This document shows positions 9,820 to 18,740 of a stretch of DNA of 64,000 nt, piece by piece (within the stretch, counting starts at the first letter, position 1; each line of letters starts with the position of its first letter). The notes under the pieces are model-generated. The model saw only the letters and a list, made by a program, of their open reading frames with translations, searched no databases and was not told where the DNA came from. The stretch is from Candidatus Anderseniibacteriota bacterium (GTDB lineage: Bacteria > Patescibacteriota > Andersenbacteria > UBA10190), in the NCBI GenBank assembly GCA_016197005.1, contig JACPWO010000002.1, positions 79,851 through 143,850 of the forward strand, given 5' to 3'. A program made the translations under genes and the position numbers.

Positions 9820-10311
9820 CTAATGTTTTAGTGGATACTTATCCTGACGTTCTTGGGCTTCTCTTTTGCGCTGCTTAATCATTAGGTCGCTTACCATAAG
9901 TCCGCGCAATGACTTTACACTATAGTAAAGCGCGAAGAAGAATATAATCGTGAGCAGCTGGTCAGTTGCGAATAGGGCCAGCGGGATGTCGTTGTATCGA
10001 CTGATCGCGTGGTATTCAAATGAGAGGAGAGCAAGGATGGAAACGATGACATCGAAGAACATAATCCACCGCTGCATAGGATTCGTCAGTCCCGCCACAA
10101 TATTCACGACCAAAAGAGCAAGAAGTGAGATGAAGGTAGGTACTGGTAGGACATCATTAAAGAATGGCAAGGCTACTAATATGACTATTCCCGCAGCAAC
10201 AAAAAGCCTGCGAACGGTATCTCCGTAATAATGCTGAAAAGCGTTCGGGGGAGCGTATTTCCTCCGAGAAGACTCAATTTGGCTCTCATCAATCTCGATT
10301 CTTGGGGACAT
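9820..10311 (-). CDS. integral membrane protein (4 TM), first gene of the SPFH operon
   Basis: Hydrophobic helices and no soluble OB-fold, so not a classical NfeD. Co-oriented with the SPFH gene and 4 nt upstream of it. Confidence 0.4.
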   Translation of the reverse strand: MSPRIEIDESQIESSRRKYAPPNAFQHYYGDTVRRLFVAAGIVILVALPFFNDVLPVPTFISLLALLVVNIVAGLTNPMQRWIMFFDVIVSILALLSFEYHAISRYNDIPLALFATDQLLTIIFFFALYYSVKSLRGLMVSDLMIKQRKREAQERQDKYPLKH

Positions 10312-10371
10312 AGCGGATATGAGCCAACTTTAGCATAGAGAGGACTCTTGGCTAGTGTGAAGTATTTCTTC

Positions 10372-10400
10372 TTGACATTCACTCTGCTTTGCTCTATCAT
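10372..10400 (+). promoter_or_regulatory. sigma70-like promoter, TTGACA-17-TATCAT
   Basis: TTGACA at 10372-10377, a 17-nt spacer, then TATCAT at 10395-10400. About 95 nt upstream of the DEAD-box helicase start. Confidence 0.4.
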
Positions 10401-10458
10401 CCTTTCATTACTTTAGAGCGCACTTAAGCACTCAGTAACGGACTCGACCTTACGGCTA

Positions 10459-10494
10459 CATATGTGACCTGACAGGATCTGGGTCACACATATA
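10459..10494 (+). promoter_or_regulatory. imperfect inverted repeat (stem-loop or operator) abutting the helicase start codon
   Basis: CATATGTGACC-tgacaggatct-GGGTCACACATAT. The 10-12 bp arms end 1 nt before the ATG at 10496. No Shine-Dalgarno is visible. Confidence 0.4.
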
Positions 10495-10495
10495 T

Positions 10496-11770
10496 ATGAC
10501 GACAGGTACACCCTCCGCGCAGGGCGTTTCATTTTCGGATTTAGGACTTTCCCCAAAGCTATTGGGGGTACTTTCTAGTCTCAAATTCACGATTCCAACC
10601 CCAATTCAATTGAAAGCTATCCCAATCGCCGCTGCCGGTAAGGACGTTATTGGTATTGCTCAAACGGGCACTGGAAAAACACTAGCCTTTGCCTTACCGC
10701 TTTTGCAGCAAGCCTCACTAACAAAAAAACAGGGACTTATCATTGTCCCGACGCGTGAACTCGCTGCCCAAGTAGCCGAGCAGTTTAATGCTATTGGAAA
10801 ATCATTTGGTCTTCGCCAAGCTCTCTTAATTGGAGGCGGGGCGATGTATCACCAGATTGAACAGATTAAAAAGCGACCTCACGTTATTATTGGTACCCCG
10901 GGACGCATCATTGATCACCTGGAAGGAAAGCGTCTCAATTTAAGTAGTGTTGGTATCCTCGTGCTTGATGAAGCGGATCGCATGTTGGATATGGGATTTG
11001 CGCCACAAATAAAACAGATTTTAAAACATGTTCCTAAACAACGACAGACCATGTTATTTTCTGCAACAATGCCATCCGAAATTGTGAAGATTGCGCAGGA
11101 ACACATGAAGATGCCAGTGCGAGTAGAAGTAGCCCGAGCTGGTACTATTGCTGAACGTGTTAACCAGGAACTCTTTATTATTGAACGCAATGATAAGTTG
11201 CGTCTCTTGGATAAACTTTTAAATGAATACTACGGAACAGTGCTCGTGTTTTCTCGCACCAAATATGGGGCTAAGAAAATTTGCCGCTCAGTCCGCCACA
11301 TGGGACATAGCGTAGCGGAAATTCACTCAAATCTATCTTTGCCACAGCGTCGTCGCTCACTGGAAGGATTTAAGTCTGGAAAATTCCGTGTCTTAATTGC
11401 TACTGATATCGCCGCTCGTGGGATTGATGTTACTGATATTGAAGTAGTTATTAACTTTGATTTACCAGATAGTCCCGATGATTATGTCCATCGCGTAGGA
11501 CGAACGGGTCGAGCCGGAAAGACCGGACACGCTATTACGTTCATTACTCCTGATCAACGCAGTAAAATACGTATGATTGAACGCCTCGTTCGTCAGCAAC
11601 TCCGTATTTCACCGCTTCCTGAGTTGCCAGCAGCTCGAGCTATGCCAGCACACGTCCCGACCTCTAGCGGCTACCAGCATCGTAATCGTCGAGTATTTCG
11701 CCGACCAACGAGGCAGCAACCGCGCTATGCTCACAAATCAAGCGGTCGTGGGGCTCGTATCCATTCCTAA
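10496..11770 (+). CDS. DEAD-box ATP-dependent RNA helicase
   Basis: Q-motif region; motif I AQTGTGKT; motif II VLDEADRML; motif III SAT; motif VI HRVGRTGRAG; Arg-rich C-terminal tail. Confidence 0.95.
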   Translation: MTTGTPSAQGVSFSDLGLSPKLLGVLSSLKFTIPTPIQLKAIPIAAAGKDVIGIAQTGTGKTLAFALPLLQQASLTKKQGLIIVPTRELAAQVAEQFNAIGKSFGLRQALLIGGGAMYHQIEQIKKRPHVIIGTPGRIIDHLEGKRLNLSSVGILVLDEADRMLDMGFAPQIKQILKHVPKQRQTMLFSATMPSEIVKIAQEHMKMPVRVEVARAGTIAERVNQELFIIERNDKLRLLDKLLNEYYGTVLVFSRTKYGAKKICRSVRHMGHSVAEIHSNLSLPQRRRSLEGFKSGKFRVLIATDIAARGIDVTDIEVVINFDLPDSPDDYVHRVGRTGRAGKTGHAITFITPDQRSKIRMIERLVRQQLRISPLPELPAARAMPAHVPTSSGYQHRNRRVFRRPTRQQPRYAHKSSGRGARIHS

Positions 11771-11776
11771 ATACCT

Positions 11777-13588
11777 ATGAAGCCAAACATTCGAAACGTT
11801 GCTATTATTGCGCACGTTGACCACGGTAAAACTACTTTGGTTGATGCTTTACTGCGTCAATCTGACTCATTCCGCATTAAAGAAGAAGACTCCCACCTCA
11901 TCATGGATTCAAATGAATTGGAACGTGAGCGTGGCATTACTATTTTTTCTAAAAACGCAGCCGTCACATACAAGGGCTGCAAAATTAATATTATAGACAC
12001 TCCGGGTCACGCCGATTTCGGTGGCGAAGTAGAACGTATCATGACCATGGCTAATGGAGCGTTGCTTTTAGTTGATGCCAAAGACGGGCCAATGCCACAG
12101 ACAAAGTTTGTCTTAAAGAAAGCGCTCGAAAAAGGCCACAAAGTAATTGTGGTTATTAACAAAATCGATGTGCCAGAAGCGCGAGTGCAGTGGGTACTAG
12201 ATCAGACGTTCGGCTTATTTGTTGATTTAGGAGCAACGGACGAACAGGCAGATTTTCCAGTTTTGTATGCCTCGGCTATTCAAGGAAAAGCCGGAACAGA
12301 CCCTGACTTAGCGGCAATGAAAGATATTACGTCTGTTTTTGATGCCATTGTTGAATACATCCCGGCACCAAAAGTTGAACAGGGCCCAACTCAAATGCTG
12401 ATAGTGAACGTTTCCTACGATTCGTACAAAGGACAGATTGCAGTCGGACCACTGGTTGCCGGTACTTTGAAAATGGGCCAGCAAGTAAAACGGATTGAGG
12501 CTGATGGCAAAATGACTGCTGGAAAAGTTACAGCGATTATGACATTTGATGGTTTAGCTAGAGTCGAAGTAGCAGAAGTTGCCGCCGGAGATATCGTGGC
12601 AATATCTGGTGTCGAGCCAATAAAAATTGGTGAAACTATTGCTGACTTTGATGATCCGAAACAGCTTCCTGTTATTAAAATTGATGAGCCGACAGTAAAA
12701 ATGAGTTTTGCTGTAAATACGTCACCCTTGGCTGGAACAGAAGGAGAATACTCCACGTCTCGTCATCTAAAGACGCGTCTTATGCGGGAGACGTTGTCGG
12801 ATGTTGCCTTACGGGTAGAAGCACAAGGAAGTTCAGACTCAGCCTTTACGGTTTTTGGACGAGGTGAACTGCACTTAGCTATTTTGGTAGAAAAAATGTT
12901 GCGTGAAGGCTATGAATTCCAAGTGGGCAAGCCTCAGGTAATTTTCAAAGAGGAGGATGGAAAAAAGACAGAACCGTTTGAAGATGTATACATAGAGTGT
13001 CCTGAAGAATTTTCCGGAACAGTTATTGAGCGTATGGGAAAGCGCAAAGGTGAAATGAAAGATATGAAGGTAGATAAGGCAGTAGCTCACATGCACTTCC
13101 TGGTTTCAACGCGTGGTCTCATTGGGTACCGCTCAGAATTTCTTACTGACACTCGTGGTGAAGGCATTATTAGCACTCTCTTTCATGGGTACTTACCGTA
13201 TGCCGGTGGTATTGAAACCCAAGCTCATGGTTCACTCGTTGCTCATGAAGCTGGTGTTAGCCGTCATTACGGGCTAGTCGCAGCTCAGGGTCGTGGTGTT
13301 TTGTTCATTAAACCAGGCATCAAAGTGTACGAAGGCATGATTGTCGGACAAAATTCTCGGGCTGAAGATATTGATGTAAACGTCTGTAAAGAAAAGAAGC
13401 TGTCGAATATGCGGGCAGTAGGAGATGGCGCTGCTGAAGGACTACACGCCCATAAAGACTTAAGCCTGGAAGAAGCAATTGAATACTTGGGTGATGATGA
13501 GTTACTGGAGGTTACTCCGAAAAATCTTCGTCTACGCAAAATGTTTCTAAGTAAGCACGATCGAAAACGAGCCAAGAGTGCGAGCTAA
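11777..13588 (+). CDS. typA: translational GTPase TypA/BipA
   Basis: G1 motif AHVDHGKTTL, DTPGH, NKID. 603 aa, an EF-G-like domain order, and the TypA C-terminal domain. Confidence 0.95.
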   Translation: MKPNIRNVAIIAHVDHGKTTLVDALLRQSDSFRIKEEDSHLIMDSNELERERGITIFSKNAAVTYKGCKINIIDTPGHADFGGEVERIMTMANGALLLVDAKDGPMPQTKFVLKKALEKGHKVIVVINKIDVPEARVQWVLDQTFGLFVDLGATDEQADFPVLYASAIQGKAGTDPDLAAMKDITSVFDAIVEYIPAPKVEQGPTQMLIVNVSYDSYKGQIAVGPLVAGTLKMGQQVKRIEADGKMTAGKVTAIMTFDGLARVEVAEVAAGDIVAISGVEPIKIGETIADFDDPKQLPVIKIDEPTVKMSFAVNTSPLAGTEGEYSTSRHLKTRLMRETLSDVALRVEAQGSSDSAFTVFGRGELHLAILVEKMLREGYEFQVGKPQVIFKEEDGKKTEPFEDVYIECPEEFSGTVIERMGKRKGEMKDMKVDKAVAHMHFLVSTRGLIGYRSEFLTDTRGEGIISTLFHGYLPYAGGIETQAHGSLVAHEAGVSRHYGLVAAQGRGVLFIKPGIKVYEGMIVGQNSRAEDIDVNVCKEKKLSNMRAVGDGAAEGLHAHKDLSLEEAIEYLGDDELLEVTPKNLRLRKMFLSKHDRKRAKSAS

Positions 13589-13613
13589 CAATTCGGGTCT
13601 CTGAAGGGGGATG

Positions 13614-15443
13614 TTAGAGTTGTGGAGAATACTTTCGAATGTGCGCCAGCATGCTCAGAAGTTCGCTCACAAACTGCTGACGACTACTTACTTTTCCGAT
13701 TTCTTTAAGACCTTGTTCAAGTTCGCTCAGTTCTCGGTAGTAGTCTTTTAAGGAATCCTTAGCGGATGCATCTCGTTTTTGGGCGAGACGTTTTTCGTAA
13801 TTTTTAAGATCACTTTCCGCATGCGTGACTGGACGAGTAATGCTAGATCCTTCGTGTCCTTTTAGAAGTTTGTTTTTCTTTGCCTCATTTGCTCGCCGTT
13901 CAATTTCATGGAGCAGCGCTTTGTAATCTGTGTCGTCAATGAGAGAGGAGGTATCATTTTCCAACTCAAGGGAGTAAGTATGTTTGGAATTTATCTTGGC
14001 TTGACCAGAGAATTCACTCTGCGTAGTTTCATTCTCATCTGCGTAGGAAAGAACAAGATCAAACGGCCCGGTCCCCGTGCCGGTTAGTTCGATATCATAC
14101 TCACCTGGGGGTGGATCTGAAATAGTGAGCATTTTTATACCGTTTAGATCAGCTGGGTCCCAATCGAAATCTGCATTTTGAAATGTATTTTGGTTGGCAG
14201 ACAAGATTTCTCCATTAGGTCCGTGCACAATTGGCAGGACAGGGGATAACACATCAATACCGAGCCCGGAAGTAGCTAGGTGAACAGGAATAAAATCTCC
14301 TACAGGATTTTCTACTAGAGCAGCTATAACAAGGTCTTGTGATTTTCCTGGCAATTCATCGTGTTGGGCGCTCAGTGGCGCAGCTGCTACTCCCACAGCC
14401 TGCGCACTGGAAACAAGAACTGTTTCATCGCCAGTCGTGGAGTCTGTTTGCGGTGGGTCAGGATTGCCGTGACCATCACGCCAGCGGTCTAGTTGTAGGT
14501 CTTCCACTGTCCGGTCGTGGGTTATGGGCACAGTTGCGAGGGTGTCAAAACCGGTACCAGCGACAGTCAAAACATCAATATTAGCTAATCTGTCTTTCGT
14601 ATCGTGTAGTGCTTTCAGGAAAAGATTTTCTCCTTGTTTGAGTTGAGAAGTAGCAAGAGTAGTTCCAGCGCGTTTTACGAAAGGGTTAATAGGAATGAGT
14701 TCGGCTAAGGAAGGGAAAAACATTCTGTAAGTACTTGGTCTTTTTAACTCTTCTTTTTCTCGAGTTTTCTTGATGCTTCTTTCAATCCTATTTAGCCATT
14801 GCCTTCCTAGATAATTCCATCGAAGAGGGAGTCTTCCACTCTCCCAAACTACATAGGAATCGGATGCTCCTTCGTTCGGTGTGCCGAGCATAATTAACTG
14901 ATCAACGTCGTTTCGGTACTGCGGTCCGCTTTGTACATAAGCTCTTGCTACCAATCCACCCATACTGTGCGCAACAATATCTACTTTATCTGCCCCACTC
15001 ATATTTAGTGCTTTATTAATCGCAGGAACCAGGTATTCAACCGCAGATTCAATATTGCTTTGTCGCCAATCATAAAAGACTACAAACAAATCTTTATCTT
15101 TTTCGTATCCCTCTGCTTCAAGTCGTTCAATGAGCGCGTCGTACCAATCCACGGTTGGTGTAAAATCCCATTCACCTACTGAGGTTGCACAATGGTCTTT
15201 TAAAATACATTCGCGATTATGTGAGCCGGCGAGGCCAGGAAGAAGGAGAACTGGGTCACGTACAACTGGTGGTGGTGCACACCATGGCAGCGCGGGGTTA
15301 AATTGGCATTGGCCCTGACAAAAGGAATTTTGGGGAAACAGATTGCAGTCAGGTAGTTGAAAGATCTGTCCACTAGCACCGAAAGGCGTCGCTAATATAA
15401 GTGCAAGAAAAAGAAATAGTAAGTTATTTCTAATACCGTTCAT
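13614..15443 (-). CDS. secreted alpha/beta-hydrolase (lipase/esterase, LCAT- or PGAP1-like) with coiled-coil C-terminus
   Basis: Signal peptide MNGIRNNLLFLFLALILATPFGASG; nucleophile elbow DIVAHSMGGLVARAY (GxSxG); lysine- and glutamate-rich C-terminal helical region. Confidence 0.55.
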   Translation of the reverse strand: MNGIRNNLLFLFLALILATPFGASGQIFQLPDCNLFPQNSFCQGQCQFNPALPWCAPPPVVRDPVLLLPGLAGSHNRECILKDHCATSVGEWDFTPTVDWYDALIERLEAEGYEKDKDLFVVFYDWRQSNIESAVEYLVPAINKALNMSGADKVDIVAHSMGGLVARAYVQSGPQYRNDVDQLIMLGTPNEGASDSYVVWESGRLPLRWNYLGRQWLNRIERSIKKTREKEELKRPSTYRMFFPSLAELIPINPFVKRAGTTLATSQLKQGENLFLKALHDTKDRLANIDVLTVAGTGFDTLATVPITHDRTVEDLQLDRWRDGHGNPDPPQTDSTTGDETVLVSSAQAVGVAAAPLSAQHDELPGKSQDLVIAALVENPVGDFIPVHLATSGLGIDVLSPVLPIVHGPNGEILSANQNTFQNADFDWDPADLNGIKMLTISDPPPGEYDIELTGTGTGPFDLVLSYADENETTQSEFSGQAKINSKHTYSLELENDTSSLIDDTDYKALLHEIERRANEAKKNKLLKGHEGSSITRPVTHAESDLKNYEKRLAQKRDASAKDSLKDYYRELSELEQGLKEIGKVSSRQQFVSELLSMLAHIRKYSPQL

Positions 15444-15741
15444 CTATTGATTCGCCATATAAAGCTTTAAACGCAGCTGCTTGGCCAAGATCAAGGATGA
15501 GTATATCTGCCCGCCAGGCGAGCCAGGCAAGAACTACACCAATGATGAGAGCAAAGAAAATTGCTTTTATAGTCCATTTACCCAGTTTCCAAAGAATTAT
15601 GAACGGGATAATCAAAAGAAGTATTTGGCCATAAGGGACAATGAGATCTGTTAGAAAGGCTGTTATTACTGGCCATTTGTCCTCTGTATAAAACTGTGAG
15701 GGGTCATCCCCAATTAGTTTCAGTATCCAATCTGCAATCAT
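15430..15741 (-). CDS. small membrane protein (103 aa)
   Basis: 2-3 TM helices. Its 3' end overlaps the start of the lipase gene by 14 nt, and the two are co-oriented. Confidence 0.35.
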   Translation of the reverse strand: MIADWILKLIGDDPSQFYTEDKWPVITAFLTDLIVPYGQILLLIIPFIILWKLGKWTIKAIFFALIIGVVLAWLAWRADILILDLGQAAAFKALYGESIDERY

Positions 15742-15838
15742 ACAAAAACTATATCAATATTCCGCCATCGCAGGAAATCGAGGATAAAAAATAAGCTAAC
15801 TCGTTGACTCTCAGGTACGATAGGTATATACAAAAACT

Positions 15839-16468
15839 ATGAACCAGCGAATAATCGTCGCTTCTCTTGTGGCCGCAATCGTCGTAGTTGCAATCGCAAT
15901 TGCTGCTGGCTGGTATTTTATAAATCCAAAAGAAGCCAGTGCACCAACCGAAAGCACACCACAACCAACTCCCCCAATTGATGTAGAAAATACAGTATTT
16001 ACTGGTCCAGCTGCGGGACTGTTGTCACTGGGAGAAGATATAATGTGTACGTTTCAAGACGCAGGCACTGAAGGTACGGTATATATCACTGGCCAAGGAA
16101 AACAAATGCGTGGAGATTTTGTAACACAAGTAAATAGCACCGCCACAAATGTTTCCCTGATTCGGGATAATCAGTACACGTATATATGGTCTGATACTGA
16201 GTCGCAGGGGATAAAGATGGCCGTAACGCAGGAACAGGCTATCGGAGCAGCTCCGCAAGACGATACGAATCAGAATGCCATGCTTGATAAGGCATACACG
16301 TATGATTGCAATAAGTGGACAGTGGATATGACTAAGTTCACACCTCCAGCCGGAAAGAATTTCGTTGATCTCGCGCAGCAGCAAGTGCCACAACTCGATT
16401 GTGCTAAGTGTAAAACTCTCAAAGGAGCAGCTAAAAAGCAGTGTCTTCAGGCTCTTAGTTGCAAATAA
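15839..16468 (+). CDS. membrane-anchored or secreted hypothetical protein, Cys-containing
   Basis: N-terminal TM MNQRIIVASLVAAIVVVAIAIAAGWYFI. Six Cys in the ectodomain, with a CAKCK...C cluster at the C-terminus. Confidence 0.4.
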   Translation: MNQRIIVASLVAAIVVVAIAIAAGWYFINPKEASAPTESTPQPTPPIDVENTVFTGPAAGLLSLGEDIMCTFQDAGTEGTVYITGQGKQMRGDFVTQVNSTATNVSLIRDNQYTYIWSDTESQGIKMAVTQEQAIGAAPQDDTNQNAMLDKAYTYDCNKWTVDMTKFTPPAGKNFVDLAQQQVPQLDCAKCKTLKGAAKKQCLQALSCK

Positions 16469-16510
16469 AGCGAGTACTGTAATAAGTTTTAATATTTATA
16501 AGTAGTTTTT

Positions 16511-16900
16511 GTGACGACAGAAGAATTTGAAAAATTAGTTGAAGAAGGTTTTGCAAAAATTCCGGAGCGACTACGAGAAAAAGTGAAGAACGTGGCTATT
16601 TTTGTGGAAGATGTTCCCTCACTGGAGACTCGAAAAAAACAAAACCTATCTCGTTACCAAACACTTTTTGGATTGTACGAAGGAATCCCAAATACGCGCC
16701 GGGCACATTATGGGGTGGGAATGACGCTGCCGGATAGAATCACTATTTTTCGTCAACCAATTGAGTCAGCCGCGGAAGGTGATCCGGAACACATACGAGA
16801 AATTGTTAGGGACACTATATGGCATGAAATCGCGCATCATTTTGGTATGGATGAGCCGGCCGTGCGCGCGAGCGAAAAGAAACGCAGACTCCGTCAATAA
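16511..16900 (+). CDS. zincin-like small metallopeptidase (Zincin_1 or DUF1025-like)
   Basis: HExxH at WHEIAHHFGMDE, plus conserved LFGLYEGIPNTRR and LPDRITIFRQPIE blocks. GTG start. Confidence 0.6.
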   Translation: MTTEEFEKLVEEGFAKIPERLREKVKNVAIFVEDVPSLETRKKQNLSRYQTLFGLYEGIPNTRRAHYGVGMTLPDRITIFRQPIESAAEGDPEHIREIVRDTIWHEIAHHFGMDEPAVRASEKKRRLRQ

Positions 16901-17041
16901 AAAGCGGGTAGTAAAGTGATACTTTCTTGCAAGTGGCCTTTTTTAAAATCCACACCTCACCCCTTGAGCTACTATCTGATGCGGGGTACAGTGACACGAT
17001 GTCTCAATTATTGAATTTCACAGATAGGGGAGGTGAGTTTA

Positions 17042-17617
17042 ATGAGTGACTACGATCAAGAAAAGAAAGATGGCGAACAAGGATGGATGCAACGAATACA
17101 AGAGTCGCCTCGAACCGTAACAGTTCTTCTCATCATTCTCATCGCTGCTGCCGCTATTTACGCTTTCTCAGGTGACCGACCGGCTCCAGGCGAAGAAGCA
17201 CCCACTGACGAAGACGTAACGGAAGAACAGGCTGAGGAAGAAGGAGATACAACTGGAATAGAAGACGGAGAAGAAGTAGCGGAAGAAGAAGGTACTGCTG
17301 CACCTGAACTTCCACCAGCTGAGCGCATCGAAGAAGGATTTGTCGAAACCGCTCAGAGTGGAGAAGGCATCACTCACTTAGCCCGACGTGCTGCGAGTCA
17401 GTATTTGTCAGAAAACAACGCAGGGTATGAAGTGACGAAAGAACATAGCGTCTTCATTGAAGACTATGTTCAAAACCAACTCGGTACACGTGGTCTGGCT
17501 TTGGGGGAACAGATGACGATTACGAATGACCTTATTGCCCAGGCAGTTGAAGCTGCCGGACAGCTTTCTGAGAATCAACTCAAAAACTTAAGTCAATACA
17601 CGTCAGCTTTACCGTAA
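17042..17617 (+). CDS. membrane-anchored acidic protein, hypothetical
   Basis: RBS GGGGAGGTGA 6 nt upstream of the ATG at 17042. One TM, then a Glu/Asp-rich segment, then a conserved-looking C-terminal domain. The track's GTG start at 17033 sits inside the RBS. Confidence 0.45.
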   Translation: MSDYDQEKKDGEQGWMQRIQESPRTVTVLLIILIAAAAIYAFSGDRPAPGEEAPTDEDVTEEQAEEEGDTTGIEDGEEVAEEEGTAAPELPPAERIEEGFVETAQSGEGITHLARRAASQYLSENNAGYEVTKEHSVFIEDYVQNQLGTRGLALGEQMTITNDLIAQAVEAAGQLSENQLKNLSQYTSALP

Positions 17618-17640
17618 AAGAATGCGGATAGCTAAGCCAA

Positions 17641-17665
17641 GAAACCCTGCGTGCGGCAGGGTTTC
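17641..17665 (+). other. perfect 10-bp hairpin (GAAACCCTGC-gtgcg-GCAGGGTTTC)
   Basis: It lies between the stop at 17617 and the msrA coding start. No U-tract follows it. It may be an attenuator or an RNA-processing structure. Confidence 0.4.
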
Positions 17666-17680
17666 TGGTATACTGGACGT

Positions 17681-18226
17681 GTGTCTGCAACTGAAATAGC
17701 CGTATTTGGTGGAGGTTGCTTCTGGTGTACCGAAGCAGTATTTCAAGAACTGCGAGGAGTTGTGTCTGTTATGCCGGGGTACGCTGGAGGAGAAACAAAG
17801 AATCCGACGTATGAAGAAGTCTCAAGTGGGAAAACCGGTCACGCGGAAGTTATTCGTATCGAATATGATCCGGAAAAGATTGCCTATCGAGATCTTCTGA
17901 CAGTATTTTTCGCTTCGCATGATCCCACGACAATGAATCGCCAAGGAAATGATGTCGGAACGCAATATCGTTCCGTGGTGCTGTACTCTACTCCTTCTCA
18001 AAAAGAAGAGGCGGAGAAAGTAATCGAGGAAATTAATACATCTCACGCTGAAGGCGGAGAAGTTGTAACTGAAGTAAAGCCGCTCGGAGGATTTACCAAG
18101 GCTGAAACCGAACATATTAACTTTTACCGAAATAACCCCGATCAAGCCTACTGCCAGGTTATTATTAATCCGAAACTAGAAAAAATTCAGAAAAAGTTTG
18201 CCAATTTACTCAAAAATAATTCCTAA
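17681..18226 (+). CDS. msrA: peptide-methionine (S)-S-oxide reductase MsrA
   Basis: Active-site motif FGGGCFWCTEAVF, YRSVV, and the typical length. I prefer the GTG at 17681 (MSATEIAVFGGGCFWC). The track's start at 17651 falls in the hairpin loop. Confidence 0.9.
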   Translation: MSATEIAVFGGGCFWCTEAVFQELRGVVSVMPGYAGGETKNPTYEEVSSGKTGHAEVIRIEYDPEKIAYRDLLTVFFASHDPTTMNRQGNDVGTQYRSVVLYSTPSQKEEAEKVIEEINTSHAEGGEVVTEVKPLGGFTKAETEHINFYRNNPDQAYCQVIINPKLEKIQKKFANLLKNNS

Positions 18227-18230
18227 ATAT

Positions 18231-18638
18231 ATGTCAGAAAAACGTATGAAAGCCGACAGCGAACTTCCCGAAGAGCTGTACCAAGTGGCACGAGAAAAAG
18301 GAACGGAAGCACCTTTTTCTGGAAAGTATGTGGATAACAAAGAAAAAGGAATGTACGTCTGTGCTGTATGCGGTAATCAACTTTTTTCTTCTGACACAAA
18401 ATTTGATTCCGGCACCGGCTGGCCGAGCTTTACGGAACCTGCCAACCTTACAAATATTGCTTTAAAAGAAGATAACGAAATGGGTATGCGGCGGACGGAA
18501 GTAGTGTGTAAAAATTGTGGTGCCCACTTAGGACACGTATTCGAAGACGGACCGGCGGAGGCGGGTGGAAAACGGTATTGTATCAACTCAGTGTGTCTTG
18601 AACTAGAAAAAGAGGGGGGTGGTAGTGATGGAAGGTGA
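18231..18638 (+). CDS. msrB: peptide-methionine (R)-S-oxide reductase MsrB
   Basis: GTGWPSF, CxxC zinc site CAVCGNQ...CKNCGAHLGHVF, RYCINS. The ATG at 18231 is 4 nt after the msrA stop. Confidence 0.9.
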   Translation: MSEKRMKADSELPEELYQVAREKGTEAPFSGKYVDNKEKGMYVCAVCGNQLFSSDTKFDSGTGWPSFTEPANLTNIALKEDNEMGMRRTEVVCKNCGAHLGHVFEDGPAEAGGKRYCINSVCLELEKEGGGSDGR

Positions 18639-18732
18639 TATGCAAAAAAGTGATGACCAAGGAAACGTTTGTCCAGGATGCGGTCATATGCATAAAGAGG
18701 ACGGCAGCTGCGATTGCGGTTGTGAGTCAAGG
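18628..18732 (+). CDS. possible 34-aa Cys-rich micro-protein
   Basis: MEGDMQKSDDQGNVCPGCGHMHKEDGSCDCGCESR*, with a CxxC...CxCxC pattern. Its start overlaps the msrB stop, and it ends 8 nt before the next gene. Confidence 0.25.
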
Positions 18733-18740
18733 TAAGCGCT

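Noticed and set aside
10185-10400. A 71-aa minus-strand ORF spanning the putative helicase promoter.
   Set aside because: It overlaps the 5' end of the upstream membrane-protein gene and the intergenic promoter region. It has no RBS.
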